From assembly GCA_045107005.1 (NCBI GenBank), contig JBGCFP010000032.1:15525-79524 (forward strand): a stretch of 64,000 nt of DNA, in the 5' to 3' direction. The notes beneath the pieces were generated by a model that did no database searches, was not told the origin of the DNA, and saw only the letters and a list, made by a program, of their open reading frames with translations. Below, piece after piece: positions 9,078 through 19,212 of the stretch. Within the stretch, counting starts at the first letter, position 1; every line of letters starts with the position of its first letter. The position numbers and the translations under genes were made by a program. This stretch comes from Gammaproteobacteria bacterium. Lineage in GTDB: Bacteria; Pseudomonadota; Gammaproteobacteria; Steroidobacterales; JBCCMA01.

Positions 9078-10825
9078 GCGCATCGGACAAAAGTGCGCGG
9101 CGACTGCGTGCCAGATTGAGTGCGCACCTTGAGGTGATTTACGGCGAGTCCGCCACGGAATCGCTGGTGACGCAGTTGGTCGACGCCATGCGCTATCCTG
9201 AACAAATCAAGGAGCCGGTGCCCTACCAGAACTACTGGGATCAGGCGGACTGCTGGTTGATCGCCTACGCCACTTCCATCCGCGAATCGGGCGAGATGGG
9301 CTTGCCCACGCTGCGCGCGTTTTGCGATCAACATCTGGCACCGGTGATCAACGGTATTCACGTGCTGCCGTTTTACCCATTCAGCTCCGACGATGGTTTC
9401 GCGGTCATCGACTATCTCGCCGTCGACGATGCCGCTGGTACCTGGGAGCACGTCGACGATCTGGCCTCGAGTTACCGCTTAATGGCGGATTTGGTGATCA
9501 ACCACGCGTCGAGCCAGTCGCAGTGGTTTCAAAACTTTATCGCGAGAAAAGACCCGGGCCAGCACTACTTCAAAGAGGTTATGCCGCAAGACGATCTGAG
9601 TCAGGTCGTACGGCCGCGCTCGACGCCGTTGCGCCAGCAGGTGGCCACTGCCGACGGCGAACGCTGGGTGTGGTGCACGTTCGGGCCCGATCAGGTGGAT
9701 CTGGATTTTGGCAATACAGACGTGCTGCTGCGGTTTGTCGAGATCATTCGGTTTTACCTTGAACACGGTGTTCGCGTGCTGCGTCTCGACGCGGTGGCGT
9801 TTTTGTGGAAAGAGCCCGGCACAACGTCGTTGCACGATCAAAAGACCCACGAGGTCATCAAGCTTCTGCGTACGTTGATCGAGTTTTACGATCCGTCGGT
9901 CATGCTTATCACCGAAACCAACGTACCCAATCGGGACAACATTACCTACTTTGGGAACTCGAATGAAGCGCACGCGATTTACAATTTCTCTTTGCCGCCG
10001 CTGCTGATTTACACGCTGTTGACCGGCAACTGCAAACACCTGAAAACCTGGTTGATGAGTATGCCTCCGGCGCGTCTGGGTACCGCCTACCTCAATTTCA
10101 TCGCGTCGCACGATGGCATCGGACTGCGTCCTGTCGACGGCTTGCTCTCGGTCTCTGAACGAGCCGAGCTGTTGGATACACTGACCGGGTTCGGCGGGAA
10201 AATCTCGCTGCGAACCGGCCCCGACGGCGCGCCGCACCCGTATGAAGTTAATATTAGTTTGATTGATGCGCTGGCAGGCACGGTTGCGGGCGGTGCGGAT
10301 GAGCTGGCGATCCCGCGACTCCTGTGCGCTCATGCGATCATGCTGGCGCTGGAAGGCATTCCGGCCATCTACATTCACAGCTTGTTGGGGACGCCCAACG
10401 ATGTTGAGGGTGTCGCGCGGACCGGTCAGTATCGGTCGATCAATCGGCGCGTCTGGGAGCGCAGCGACATTGAAGCGCTGCTGGACGACCCGTCCAGTAC
10501 TCAGGCGAAAGCGTTGGGCGGTCTTCGCGCGCTTTTGGAGATCCGCCGCAGGCAAGCGGCCTTTCACCCCAACGCCATTCAGTTCACGCTGCAGCTTGGC
10601 CTGGAAATTTTCGGCGTGTGGCGTCAGTCCATGGATCGACAGCAGGATATCTTCTGTATCAACAACGTCAGTGACGAGCCTCGGTCCGTCGAATTGGAGA
10701 ATATCAACCTCGTCAGTACATCGGTCTGGCGGGATCTGATCAGCGGTGCAGTGATCGAAGACGGGCAGGCTCATCTCGAGCTCGCGCCTTACCAAAGCGC
10801 ATGGCTGACCAATTCGACGAACTGA
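9074..10825 (+). CDS. GH13_18 sugar phosphorylase, probably glucosylglycerate phosphorylase
   Basis: SSDDGF, RLDAVAFLWK, TETN, ASHDGIG catalytic motifs and YEVN loop; lies between gpgS and a glycerate kinase; ATGA overlap. Confidence 0.85.
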   Translation: MSASDKSARRLRARLSAHLEVIYGESATESLVTQLVDAMRYPEQIKEPVPYQNYWDQADCWLIAYATSIRESGEMGLPTLRAFCDQHLAPVINGIHVLPFYPFSSDDGFAVIDYLAVDDAAGTWEHVDDLASSYRLMADLVINHASSQSQWFQNFIARKDPGQHYFKEVMPQDDLSQVVRPRSTPLRQQVATADGERWVWCTFGPDQVDLDFGNTDVLLRFVEIIRFYLEHGVRVLRLDAVAFLWKEPGTTSLHDQKTHEVIKLLRTLIEFYDPSVMLITETNVPNRDNITYFGNSNEAHAIYNFSLPPLLIYTLLTGNCKHLKTWLMSMPPARLGTAYLNFIASHDGIGLRPVDGLLSVSERAELLDTLTGFGGKISLRTGPDGAPHPYEVNISLIDALAGTVAGGADELAIPRLLCAHAIMLALEGIPAIYIHSLLGTPNDVEGVARTGQYRSINRRVWERSDIEALLDDPSSTQAKALGGLRALLEIRRRQAAFHPNAIQFTLQLGLEIFGVWRQSMDRQQDIFCINNVSDEPRSVELENINLVSTSVWRDLISGAVIEDGQAHLELAPYQSAWLTNSTN

Positions 10826-11700
10826 GTGCCTTCATGGCACGTCACCGCCTGCCGGCGTCGTTCGCGATCACCGCGAATGAGTATTTCGCGCCGTTGGGCC
10901 AGTGGCTGGAAAAGCGTTGCGCGCCGAAAGGTGGCGCCACGATGGTGCTGGGCATTAACGGCGCGCAAGGCACGGGCAAATCCACGCTGTCGAACTTTCT
11001 CGCCGAGTATCTGGCACGCCAGTTTGGCCGCAACGTGGTGGAGCTGTCCATCGATGACATTTACCTGACGCGTGCCGAGCGACAGAATCTTGCTCGAGAT
11101 GTTCATCCGCTTCTTGTCACACGTGGCGTGCCGGGTACTCACGATCTGGCGCTGGGTTGTTCGGTGATTGACGCTTTGCAATGTCTGGAATCAGGGCAGT
11201 CTTTGCCGGTGCCGCGATTTGATAAGTCCACTGACGATCGCGTGCCAAAGCGTGACTGGCCGCTGGCGGCCGGGCCGGTCGACGTCATTATTCTCGAAGG
11301 GTGGTGCGTGGGTTCGAAAGCGCAGTCCGACAGTGCCGTGGCGGAGCCGATGAATGAACTGGAGGCGGACGAGGATGCGGATGGCGTCTGGCGCCGTTTC
11401 GTCAACGACCAACTCGCCGATCACTATCCAGCGCTGTTCGGCCGCCTGGACGCGTTGGTGTATCTCGAGGCACCGGGCTTCGAATCCGTGCGCACGTGGC
11501 GGACCGAGCAGGAAGCGAAACTGCGTGCCGTGACCTCGGCGTCGGCACAGGGTTTGCTCAGCGACCGGGAGGTCCTGCGTTTTGTGGCGCACTTTGAGCG
11601 CGTGACGCGCGACAATTTCGAACGATTGCCAAAATCCGCCGATGCGGTAATCAGCCTGGGCACCGATCACGGCGCGACCGGCATTCGTTTTCGACTCTGA
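10801..11700 (+). CDS. D-glycerate 3-kinase-like P-loop kinase
   Basis: GAQGTGKST, SIDDIYL, RGVPGTHD, PRFDKSTDDR, LEGWCVG. Confidence 0.82.
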   Translation: MADQFDELSAFMARHRLPASFAITANEYFAPLGQWLEKRCAPKGGATMVLGINGAQGTGKSTLSNFLAEYLARQFGRNVVELSIDDIYLTRAERQNLARDVHPLLVTRGVPGTHDLALGCSVIDALQCLESGQSLPVPRFDKSTDDRVPKRDWPLAAGPVDVIILEGWCVGSKAQSDSAVAEPMNELEADEDADGVWRRFVNDQLADHYPALFGRLDALVYLEAPGFESVRTWRTEQEAKLRAVTSASAQGLLSDREVLRFVAHFERVTRDNFERLPKSADAVISLGTDHGATGIRFRL

Positions 11701-11849
11701 GTTCGCGCGGGCGGTGCGCGCAATGGCGGTAGAAATCGACGTTCGCGGCAGGTGCCACGTATGGGCCTCTCGAAAACCCCCATGCGATCCAAAACACCAG
11801 TAAAATACCGGCTGGGCAAACTCGCCTGTCGCTTTTAGGTGTCAACACC

Positions 11850-12308
11850 ATGCAACTGAACATCAACGGAACGCTGCACGATCTCGATGTCGAAGACGAC
11901 ATGCCGTTACTTTGGGCGCTGCGTGACGAGCTTGGCTACACCGGCACCAAATACGGCTGCGGCATCGCGCAGTGTGGAGCGTGCACCGTGCACATTAACG
12001 GCCAGGCGGTGCGGTCCTGCCAGATTGCCGTGGGCGAAGTGGCGGGCGCGGTGACGACCATCGAAGGTCTTGGGACGCCTGACGCGCCGCACCCGGTTCA
12101 GCAGGCGTGGATTGATCATCAGGTTGCGCAGTGTGGGTACTGTCAGTCCGGTCAGATTATGCAGGCAGCGGCGCTGCTGTCCCGTCATCCCGATCCGTCG
12201 GATGACGTCGTTGATCGGGTGATGAGCGGGAATCTGTGTCGCTGTGGCACCTACCCGCGCATTCGCGAGGCGATCAAAGGTGCGGCGCGCAAAACGGGCG
12301 GCGTCTGA
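11850..12308 (+). CDS. iorA: [2Fe-2S] small subunit of IorAB-type molybdoenzyme
   Basis: [26 protein letters not shown]. Confidence 0.9.
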   Translation: MQLNINGTLHDLDVEDDMPLLWALRDELGYTGTKYGCGIAQCGACTVHINGQAVRSCQIAVGEVAGAVTTIEGLGTPDAPHPVQQAWIDHQVAQCGYCQSGQIMQAAALLSRHPDPSDDVVDRVMSGNLCRCGTYPRIREAIKGAARKTGGV

Positions 12309-12309
12309 G

Positions 12310-14553
12310 ATGGGCACGCTACGGACCGTCGCCAGACGGTCGTTTCTGATCGGTTCTGCGGCGCTGGCAGGCGGTGTCGCTTTTGGTCTTTACGCTGTGC
12401 GTCGACCCCACGACAATCCACTGGCCGAGTCGCTGCAGCCCGACGAGGTCACGTTTAATCCGTGGGTAAAAATCAGCCCGACCGGCATCACGCTCATCGC
12501 CCCGCATACCGATCTTGGACAAGGTGCACGGTCTGTTCAGGCGGCGCTGATTGCCGAAGAGATGGATCTTTCGTTCGAGCAGTTCGATGTGGACGTCGGT
12601 GTGCCCGCGCCCGCCTACTGGAACGGTGCAGCGGTGGACGATGCAGTACCGTTTGTTCGCAGCGACCAGAGTCTGGTGGCCGAGTCGGCACGTGGCATCG
12701 TGAGCGCCGTACTGAAACTCATGGGCACCCAGGTGACCGGCGGCTCTGCGACCGTCGCGGATTCCTACATCAAACTGCGTACGGCTGGCGCGATCGCGCG
12801 CGAGACCCTCAAAGCCGCGGCGGCAAAACGGACCGGTGTTCCCGTAGCGCAACTCAGTACTAAGGACGGCGCGGTGCGTTTGCCGGACGGGACAAGTATT
12901 GCTTACACCGATCTGGCGAGCGAGGCCGCGGCGACCAAACCGGTCAGTGACGTGACATTGCGCGACCCGTCGCAGTGGAAGTTGTTGGGTAAGGACATGC
13001 GCCGTCTGGACGTCATTGGCAAGTCGACCGGAACGTCGGGCTTTGGCATCGATCTGACCATGGAAGGCATGGTCAATGCGACGGTGCGGTTCAATCCGCG
13101 GCAGGGCGGGACGATACTCGGTTATGACGCGACGGCTGCGCGCAAGATGCCGGGCGTGGTGTCTGTTCTGGAAGTCACCAACGGTGTGGCGGTGGTGGCT
13201 AACAACACGTGGCGTGCTTTCAAAGCGGCGGATGCGATTACTTTTGATTGGGGGCCGGCGCCTTATCCCGCAGAAATGGCCGACCACTGGGCAGCGGTGT
13301 CGGCGTCGTTCGTGCCCGAGCGGCTGGACAAGCAGTGGCGCCACGATGGTGACGTGCCCGCCGCGCTTGAGAGCGAGGCCGAGCCGGTAAGTGCCGAGTA
13401 TCGGGCGCCCTACCTGGCGCACGCGCCGCTGGAGCCAATCAGTGCTTTGGTACTGGTGACCGATCAGCGCGCCGACATTTGGGTGGCGCATCAGTTTCCG
13501 CGCTTTGCGCAACAGCTGGTGGCTGACATTACCGGGCTCGACGTCGACGCGGTACACCTGCACAACCAGTATTGCGGCGGCAGCTTTGGACACCGACTGG
13601 AGTTTGAGAATGTGCGCTACGCGACCGAGGTCGCGATGCAGATGAAAGGCACGCCAGTTAAATTGACGTTTAGTCGAGAAGAGGATTTTGCGCACGATTA
13701 CGTGCGTCAAATTGGCATCAGTCGGGCGCGGGGCGTGGCCAAAAACGGACGAATCGAGACGCTGGATATTTCTGTCGCGTCGCCCGCCGTGATCGCATCG
13801 CAGTTTGGCCGCGTGGGTTTGCCCGTGGCTGGCCCGGATGCGCAGCTGCCCGCGGGCATTTGGAACGCTCCTTACGCGATACCGAACATGCGTGTGCGTG
13901 CCTATCGCGTGCCGGGTCTCGCCCCCGTCAGTTCGTGGCGTTCGGTCGGCGCGTCAACGGGTGGGTTTTTTCTCGAGTCGGCCATCGACGAGCTCATCAT
14001 TGCGGCCGGTGGCGACCCGCTGGAAGAGCGTCTGCGCTTGTGCAAAGACAACGTCACGCGTCAGGTTCTCGAGGTGGCTGCCAAGCTATCCGGTTGGGGT
14101 GAGCCGCTCCTGCCCGACCAGGGGCGAGGCGTGGCGTTGGTCGAGTCGTTCGGCGTGCCCGTGGCTGAGGTTATTGAAGTCACCAACACACCGCGCGGCA
14201 TTCGCATCGATAAGGTTTACGTGGTGGCGGACGTGGGCCGTGTCATCGATCCGGTTAACTTCGATAACCAGGTCAAAGGTGGCGTCGTCTGGGGCTTGGG
14301 CCACGCCATGAATTGCGAAATCACTTACTCTGACGGCATGGCTCAGCAGACCAATTACCACGCGTTCGAGGCGATGCGTTTGCATCAGTGCCCTGACATC
14401 GTCGTCAAAGGCCTGGAAAACGGCAGCGCTATCACCGGCATCGGAGAGCCCCCGGTACCACCGGCAGCACCGGCACTCGCCAATGCGATTTTCGCCGCCA
14501 CCGGGCAGCGCTTGCGCGAAATGCCGTTCAACAAGTGGGTGACCTTCGCATGA
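12310..14553 (+). CDS. iorB: Molybdopterin-binding large subunit, isoquinoline 1-oxidoreductase beta family
   Basis: ARRSFL Tat-like leader, LGQG, TGGS, GGSFG, WRSVG, GIGEPPVPP; ATG 12310 (track 12244). Confidence 0.88.
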   Translation: MGTLRTVARRSFLIGSAALAGGVAFGLYAVRRPHDNPLAESLQPDEVTFNPWVKISPTGITLIAPHTDLGQGARSVQAALIAEEMDLSFEQFDVDVGVPAPAYWNGAAVDDAVPFVRSDQSLVAESARGIVSAVLKLMGTQVTGGSATVADSYIKLRTAGAIARETLKAAAAKRTGVPVAQLSTKDGAVRLPDGTSIAYTDLASEAAATKPVSDVTLRDPSQWKLLGKDMRRLDVIGKSTGTSGFGIDLTMEGMVNATVRFNPRQGGTILGYDATAARKMPGVVSVLEVTNGVAVVANNTWRAFKAADAITFDWGPAPYPAEMADHWAAVSASFVPERLDKQWRHDGDVPAALESEAEPVSAEYRAPYLAHAPLEPISALVLVTDQRADIWVAHQFPRFAQQLVADITGLDVDAVHLHNQYCGGSFGHRLEFENVRYATEVAMQMKGTPVKLTFSREEDFAHDYVRQIGISRARGVAKNGRIETLDISVASPAVIASQFGRVGLPVAGPDAQLPAGIWNAPYAIPNMRVRAYRVPGLAPVSSWRSVGASTGGFFLESAIDELIIAAGGDPLEERLRLCKDNVTRQVLEVAAKLSGWGEPLLPDQGRGVALVESFGVPVAEVIEVTNTPRGIRIDKVYVVADVGRVIDPVNFDNQVKGGVVWGLGHAMNCEITYSDGMAQQTNYHAFEAMRLHQCPDIVVKGLENGSAITGIGEPPVPPAAPALANAIFAATGQRLREMPFNKWVTFA

Positions 14554-15194
14554 AAACAGTGATGAACCTGAGTCTGCTCGCATTGAGTACATTGCTCGTC
14601 GCAATGACTGTTTCGACGTTGGCGAACGAGACCGAGGTTGACGCCGCGGCAACGGAGCAAAGCCCGCCGAGCGTTGAGTCCGGGCTTGCTGCATGGGCGC
14701 GAATCTATGAAGTGGCGTCCCATCCCCGTTGTTCCAACTGTCACGTCGGCGCTGATAATTTGCCGATGTGGTCCGGCCCAAGCTATGGCGAGACGCGGCC
14801 ACACGGCATGAACATCGATGCCGGGCAAAGCCGCATTGGTGCCGAATACGTATTGTGCTCAACGTGTCATGTGAACAGCGCCGCTACCCAGCGTGGCAAT
14901 GCGCAACCCCACGCGGCGCCGCGTGTGGCGACGTTGTGGCGTCTGGCCCCGGTCGAGGCCGAGTGGTTCGGCAAAAGTTCGCAAGAGGTGTGCAACCAGC
15001 TGCGCGATCCAAAGCGCAACGGTGGTCGTAGCTATCAGGAGCTCGCCAACCATCTCGGGCACGATGTCATTCTGCACTGGGCGTGGCAACCGGGTGGGAC
15101 GCGGGAGCCGGCACCTTACAGTTTGCGCGAGCACATGGACGACATACTGGAATGGGGCGCCGCCGGGCTGCCCTGCGATGGTGACGAAGGCTGA
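14550..15194 (+). CDS. Exported c-type cytochrome-like accessory protein of the IorAB pair
   Basis: Signal peptide, two CxxCH motifs (CSNCH, CSTCH), ATGA overlap with the large subunit. Confidence 0.75.
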   Translation: MKTVMNLSLLALSTLLVAMTVSTLANETEVDAAATEQSPPSVESGLAAWARIYEVASHPRCSNCHVGADNLPMWSGPSYGETRPHGMNIDAGQSRIGAEYVLCSTCHVNSAATQRGNAQPHAAPRVATLWRLAPVEAEWFGKSSQEVCNQLRDPKRNGGRSYQELANHLGHDVILHWAWQPGGTREPAPYSLREHMDDILEWGAAGLPCDGDEG

Positions 15195-15209
15195 GCGAGC
15201 GTACTTAGC

Positions 15210-17876
15210 TTAACCACTAACAGCGAGAGGTGGCTCCCGCGTCAGCGTTTTCCCGATTGCCTGCTCAAGCTCGTTGACCGAGAACGGTTTGCGCAAGAAC
15301 GTGCACGTCGGATCAACGGATCTTGAATAGCCGGACATCAACAGAATGGGGAGGCGCGCGTCGTGCTCGCGTAATCGTGCGGCGAGCTCAAGCCCGTCGA
15401 GCTTTCCGGGCATGACAATGTCGGAGATCAGCAGATCTGGCGTGCCATCGCGTGCGACGGCTGCCAGCGCCTCTTCAGCGTTGACAGCCGTCGACACCTG
15501 CATTCCCATCTGCTCGAGCGTTTCCTTGAGCATGTGCAACAGTAATTCGCGATCTTCAACGGCGAGCACGCGGAGCCCGTGAGTCACTGGGCTGCTCGGT
15601 AGCGCTGCGACAGCCGCGTCTTCGTCGGCAGCCAGCATGAGCGGCAGTGAGAGCGTCACGGCGGTGCCGTCACCCGGACCGGAGTCAATGAGAATATCGC
15701 CGCCGGACTGGTGCGCGAAGCCGTACACCATGGACAAACCAAGCCCGGTGCCTTCGCCCGATTTCTTGGTGGTGAAAAAAGGGTCGAACGCGCGTTGACG
15801 AATTTCCTCGGGCATCCCCGTGCCGTTGTCACGGACCTCAATAAACGCCCGGTCATCGGTCGCGCGAATCGCAATAGTCACCGCGCCGCCGGCAGGCATG
15901 GCTTCACGCGCGTTGAGCAGCAGGTTGAGCAAAGACGTTGTCAGCTGCGCCTTGTCGACCAGGGCTCGGCAAGGCTCGAGCTGAGTTTTCAGCTCGATGC
16001 GCTCACCGAGCGTGTTGCGAAAAATCGGCAACGCATCGTGTACGAACGTGTCGAGATCGAGCGATTCTGGTTTCAGCGGTTGTTTGCGCACGTAGGCCAG
16101 CAAGCCACGCGTAATCTTGGCGCCGGTGTCGGCCGCTTCCAGAATGTGATTGAGCGTGTCGCGAGACTGCGTGTCGTTCGGTCTTTCGATCCGCGATTTT
16201 AGCTGCTCCGCGCCCAGTGTGACGACCGACATCAAGTTATTAAAGTCGTGGGCGACGCCCGCCGTTAGCTGACCGATCGCGCGCATTTTTTCGCCGTCGG
16301 AGAGCTTTTCTGTCAACTTGCGGCGCTCGACTTCCATGCACATGCGCTTGGCCATTTCCTCTTCCATTTCGTTGGTGCGTTTCGCTACCAGCTCTTCGAG
16401 GCGTTCGTTGGCTGCGCGTTCCGTTACGGCCACTCGCTTTTGCATGCGTCGCGAGTGAAACAGGATCAAAACAAGAAGAAACAGTGCGCCCAGCAGCCAG
16501 GTCAAGCGTCTCAGCGTGGATTCCCGCTCCACTTGCTGGCGGGCGACGTCCAGTTCGGTTTTGCGGCGATCCAGCTCCAGTGACGTGCTCAAGCGCGCCA
16601 CCTGGTACTGAAAGCTCGCGTCCCACAGTTTCATTTCAAGGCGCACCGCCTCTTCCAGTGTCTCTCGTGCGCTCTCATGATCGTTCGCCGCCTTCTGCGT
16701 CAGCGCCAGCCCGTTCATGGCGTCGACCAGCAGTTGGTCTGGTTCCTTACCTGACGTATTGGCAATGACGGACTCAAGCAGCTGCCGCGATGCGTCGATC
16801 TTGCCGGTCTTGCGCAAGGCTTCGGCGTACGGCACGACTATGAGTTGAATGCGCGGGTGATGCAGACCGGTGTCAAAATTCTGACCGGTTATTTCGAGCA
16901 CTCGATCAAACGTGGTCAATGCGTCAGCGGCGCGATTCGATGCCAACTGCACCAAGCCCAAACCGGTGTAGCCAAACGTCATGCCGTCAGGCAGTACCGA
17001 ATCTTTGAGTTGGTCCATAACCGCCAGCAGCACGCTTTCGGTATCGCCAATCTCGCCGCTGGCCACGCGGGCTTGGGTGATCATCGATTGCACGACCAAC
17101 TGGCGTGTAGGGTACAGGTTGACGACCGGTGTGGCCCGCGCCTCCTGCAGCAGTTGCAGTGCTTCACGAGCTCGCCCCAGATAGGTGTAGCTCGACGCGA
17201 GGTTCAGTTGAATCAGCGCTTTGAATTCGGGGTAAGCCAACCGTCTGGCATGTTTCAACGCGACCTCGAAATGCGCGAGGGACATGCGCGGTCGCAACTG
17301 TGTCCCAAAGTGCAGGCCGACCATATTGTTGGATGCAGCCAGCAGCCCATCGTCTTCGATTGTTGTGGCGAGCTCGAGTGTGCGCTCGGCTTCCTCAAGT
17401 GAGCGCGGGTGATGCCCTTCGCGATAGTGAATGTAAGCCAGCGTCGCGTGACGAAACGCTTGTACGAACGGGTTGCCGGACAACGCGCCGCCGTTCTTGA
17501 CCTCGGCACAGGAGGTTTCTGCGGCGGCTAAGCGCTGCCGATGGTCAAGTTGGCAGCGAGTGATTTGCGCGATGTCTTTGGCATCGCCGGCGGACGTGAT
17601 TTCTGATTCCGCCCTCTCAAGGTAGGCTCGAGCGGTCGGCACAGACTGGTTGATTGCATGATCGGCGAGAGTGAGGTTAGCGCGGATACGTGTGCGTCGA
17701 GATTCTGCGTCGGTAGTTTCTGCGATCGCCAGCAGCGCCATTTTGTCCAGCGCCCGTGTCTCCCGCCAGAGCGTGCCGTCCACTGCGTCACTGCCAGGTG
17801 CTGACAGTGCAAGCGTGAGCGCGATGCAGCACGGAGGCCAGGTCAATCGCAATTTCCACTTTCGTGTAGCAATCAT
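15210..17876 (-). CDS. Hybrid histidine kinase/receiver with TPR-like periplasmic sensor
   Basis: Signal peptide, helical repeats, TM, AHDFNN H-box, NLLLNAREA, PFFTTK, GTGLGL, receiver SDIVMP...KPF. Confidence 0.92.
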   Translation of the reverse strand: MIATRKWKLRLTWPPCCIALTLALSAPGSDAVDGTLWRETRALDKMALLAIAETTDAESRRTRIRANLTLADHAINQSVPTARAYLERAESEITSAGDAKDIAQITRCQLDHRQRLAAAETSCAEVKNGGALSGNPFVQAFRHATLAYIHYREGHHPRSLEEAERTLELATTIEDDGLLAASNNMVGLHFGTQLRPRMSLAHFEVALKHARRLAYPEFKALIQLNLASSYTYLGRAREALQLLQEARATPVVNLYPTRQLVVQSMITQARVASGEIGDTESVLLAVMDQLKDSVLPDGMTFGYTGLGLVQLASNRAADALTTFDRVLEITGQNFDTGLHHPRIQLIVVPYAEALRKTGKIDASRQLLESVIANTSGKEPDQLLVDAMNGLALTQKAANDHESARETLEEAVRLEMKLWDASFQYQVARLSTSLELDRRKTELDVARQQVERESTLRRLTWLLGALFLLVLILFHSRRMQKRVAVTERAANERLEELVAKRTNEMEEEMAKRMCMEVERRKLTEKLSDGEKMRAIGQLTAGVAHDFNNLMSVVTLGAEQLKSRIERPNDTQSRDTLNHILEAADTGAKITRGLLAYVRKQPLKPESLDLDTFVHDALPIFRNTLGERIELKTQLEPCRALVDKAQLTTSLLNLLLNAREAMPAGGAVTIAIRATDDRAFIEVRDNGTGMPEEIRQRAFDPFFTTKKSGEGTGLGLSMVYGFAHQSGGDILIDSGPGDGTAVTLSLPLMLAADEDAAVAALPSSPVTHGLRVLAVEDRELLLHMLKETLEQMGMQVSTAVNAEEALAAVARDGTPDLLISDIVMPGKLDGLELAARLREHDARLPILLMSGYSRSVDPTCTFLRKPFSVNELEQAIGKTLTREPPLAVSG

Positions 17877-17964
17877 TACTTTACTAGTTTAGCGCATGCG
17901 ACAGATTAGTGGCGTGGCGTATCCTGTCCGGGCCCCGGCCTTCGAGACTGCTACACTAAATTTG

Positions 17965-18954
17965 ATGAAGAACAAGACGATATTTCTGAGCTACCGACGC
18001 GACGACAGTCCAGGCTATGTGAGCAAACTGGAAGCGGATCTGGAGGCCGCGTTCGGCGTGGGCAGAGTGTTTCGCGACACGCAGGACATTCCTGGCGGGA
18101 CGCAGTGGAAAAAAGTAATCGATGAAAACCTGCGCGCGGCGGGCGCACTGCTGCTGATTATTGGCCCGAGGTGGCAGTCCATTTGGGAGGCGCGTCAGGG
18201 CGCCCCGGTGGACTACGTCGCGCTGGAGCTCGAGGAGGCACGCCGACTCGGGGTGCCGGTTTTTCCGATCACGCTTGACGGTGTCACGCTGTCACCGACG
18301 CTGGACCTCGGCGTTGTCAGTTGGCTGCGTGAACGTCAGTTTTACGATTTGTCAGATCGACAGTCCCGGTGGGAAGGGGATTTCGCCCGTCTGGTCACGC
18401 TTCTCGAGAGTGCCGATGGCATCGGTAAGGCGCAGCCCGCGGCTGCAAAACCCAAGCGTCGTATCGTGCCTGTAGTGGTTGCCTTGGGTGTGTTGATCGC
18501 GCTTGGTGCGCTGGCATTGTCATATCTGACCGTTGACGATCCCACCATCGAAGCGGTTCCGGTCGATACGCCTCGGCTGGTTCCGCAGCCGCAGCAGGAA
18601 TCCGACCGCCTGGTGAAACCGGTTGCGACGACAGCGCCCGTTGCTTCGCCTGTGCAAGAGCGAGCCATCGAATCCTGGCCAGCTGAACTCCCCATCGTTC
18701 GTGGCAACTGGCGTGGCAGGGACGGCGAGGTTTTCGCCTTGACGCAAGACGCGAGCGGCGCGGTGACGCTGGACAGTGCCAGTCTCGGTGCGTTGCCGGG
18801 TCAGTTTTCCGATCGACGACCGCGACTGTTCACGCTGGATAACGGTCGGGGCATCAGCGGCGAGTTTGCCGTATCCGCAAGCGACGACCGGATGATCGGT
18901 TTCCTGATTGTTAACGGTCGCAAGCAGTATGAGACGTTGGTGCCGGCCAACTAG
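17965..18954 (+). CDS. Membrane-anchored TIR-domain protein
   Basis: IFLSYRRDDS, VFRD...IPGG, DYVALEL; basic patch + TM helix; Pro-rich linker and beta-rich C-terminal domain; ATG 17965 (track 17896). Confidence 0.85.
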   Translation: MKNKTIFLSYRRDDSPGYVSKLEADLEAAFGVGRVFRDTQDIPGGTQWKKVIDENLRAAGALLLIIGPRWQSIWEARQGAPVDYVALELEEARRLGVPVFPITLDGVTLSPTLDLGVVSWLRERQFYDLSDRQSRWEGDFARLVTLLESADGIGKAQPAAAKPKRRIVPVVVALGVLIALGALALSYLTVDDPTIEAVPVDTPRLVPQPQQESDRLVKPVATTAPVASPVQERAIESWPAELPIVRGNWRGRDGEVFALTQDASGAVTLDSASLGALPGQFSDRRPRLFTLDNGRGISGEFAVSASDDRMIGFLIVNGRKQYETLVPAN

Positions 18955-19212
18955 CCTCCGCTCACCCCGTCGTTAATGGATGGGCAATGGTTTCGTTGGT
19001 CAGTGTGCGATCGACAGGCTGCGGCGAGTTTGCGATGAAGCGAGTGGCAGGCCCGATGAATGGATGGTCCCGTCTTGATTCAGTCCGCACCGGTGGCGAT
19101 ACTCGACTCGCCATGTCCATTCCGTTTACCGAGCGTTGCCCCTTGCCGCCCTGCGCGAGCGCGTCGTTATGCTCGGCGTTTGGCATCGCGGTGTTTTTGC
19201 GGTGATGCGGGC

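Noticed and set aside
17965-18954. Thoeris, CBASS or other named defence system
   Set aside because: No ThsA, cyclase, STING, Argonaute or NTPase partner nearby
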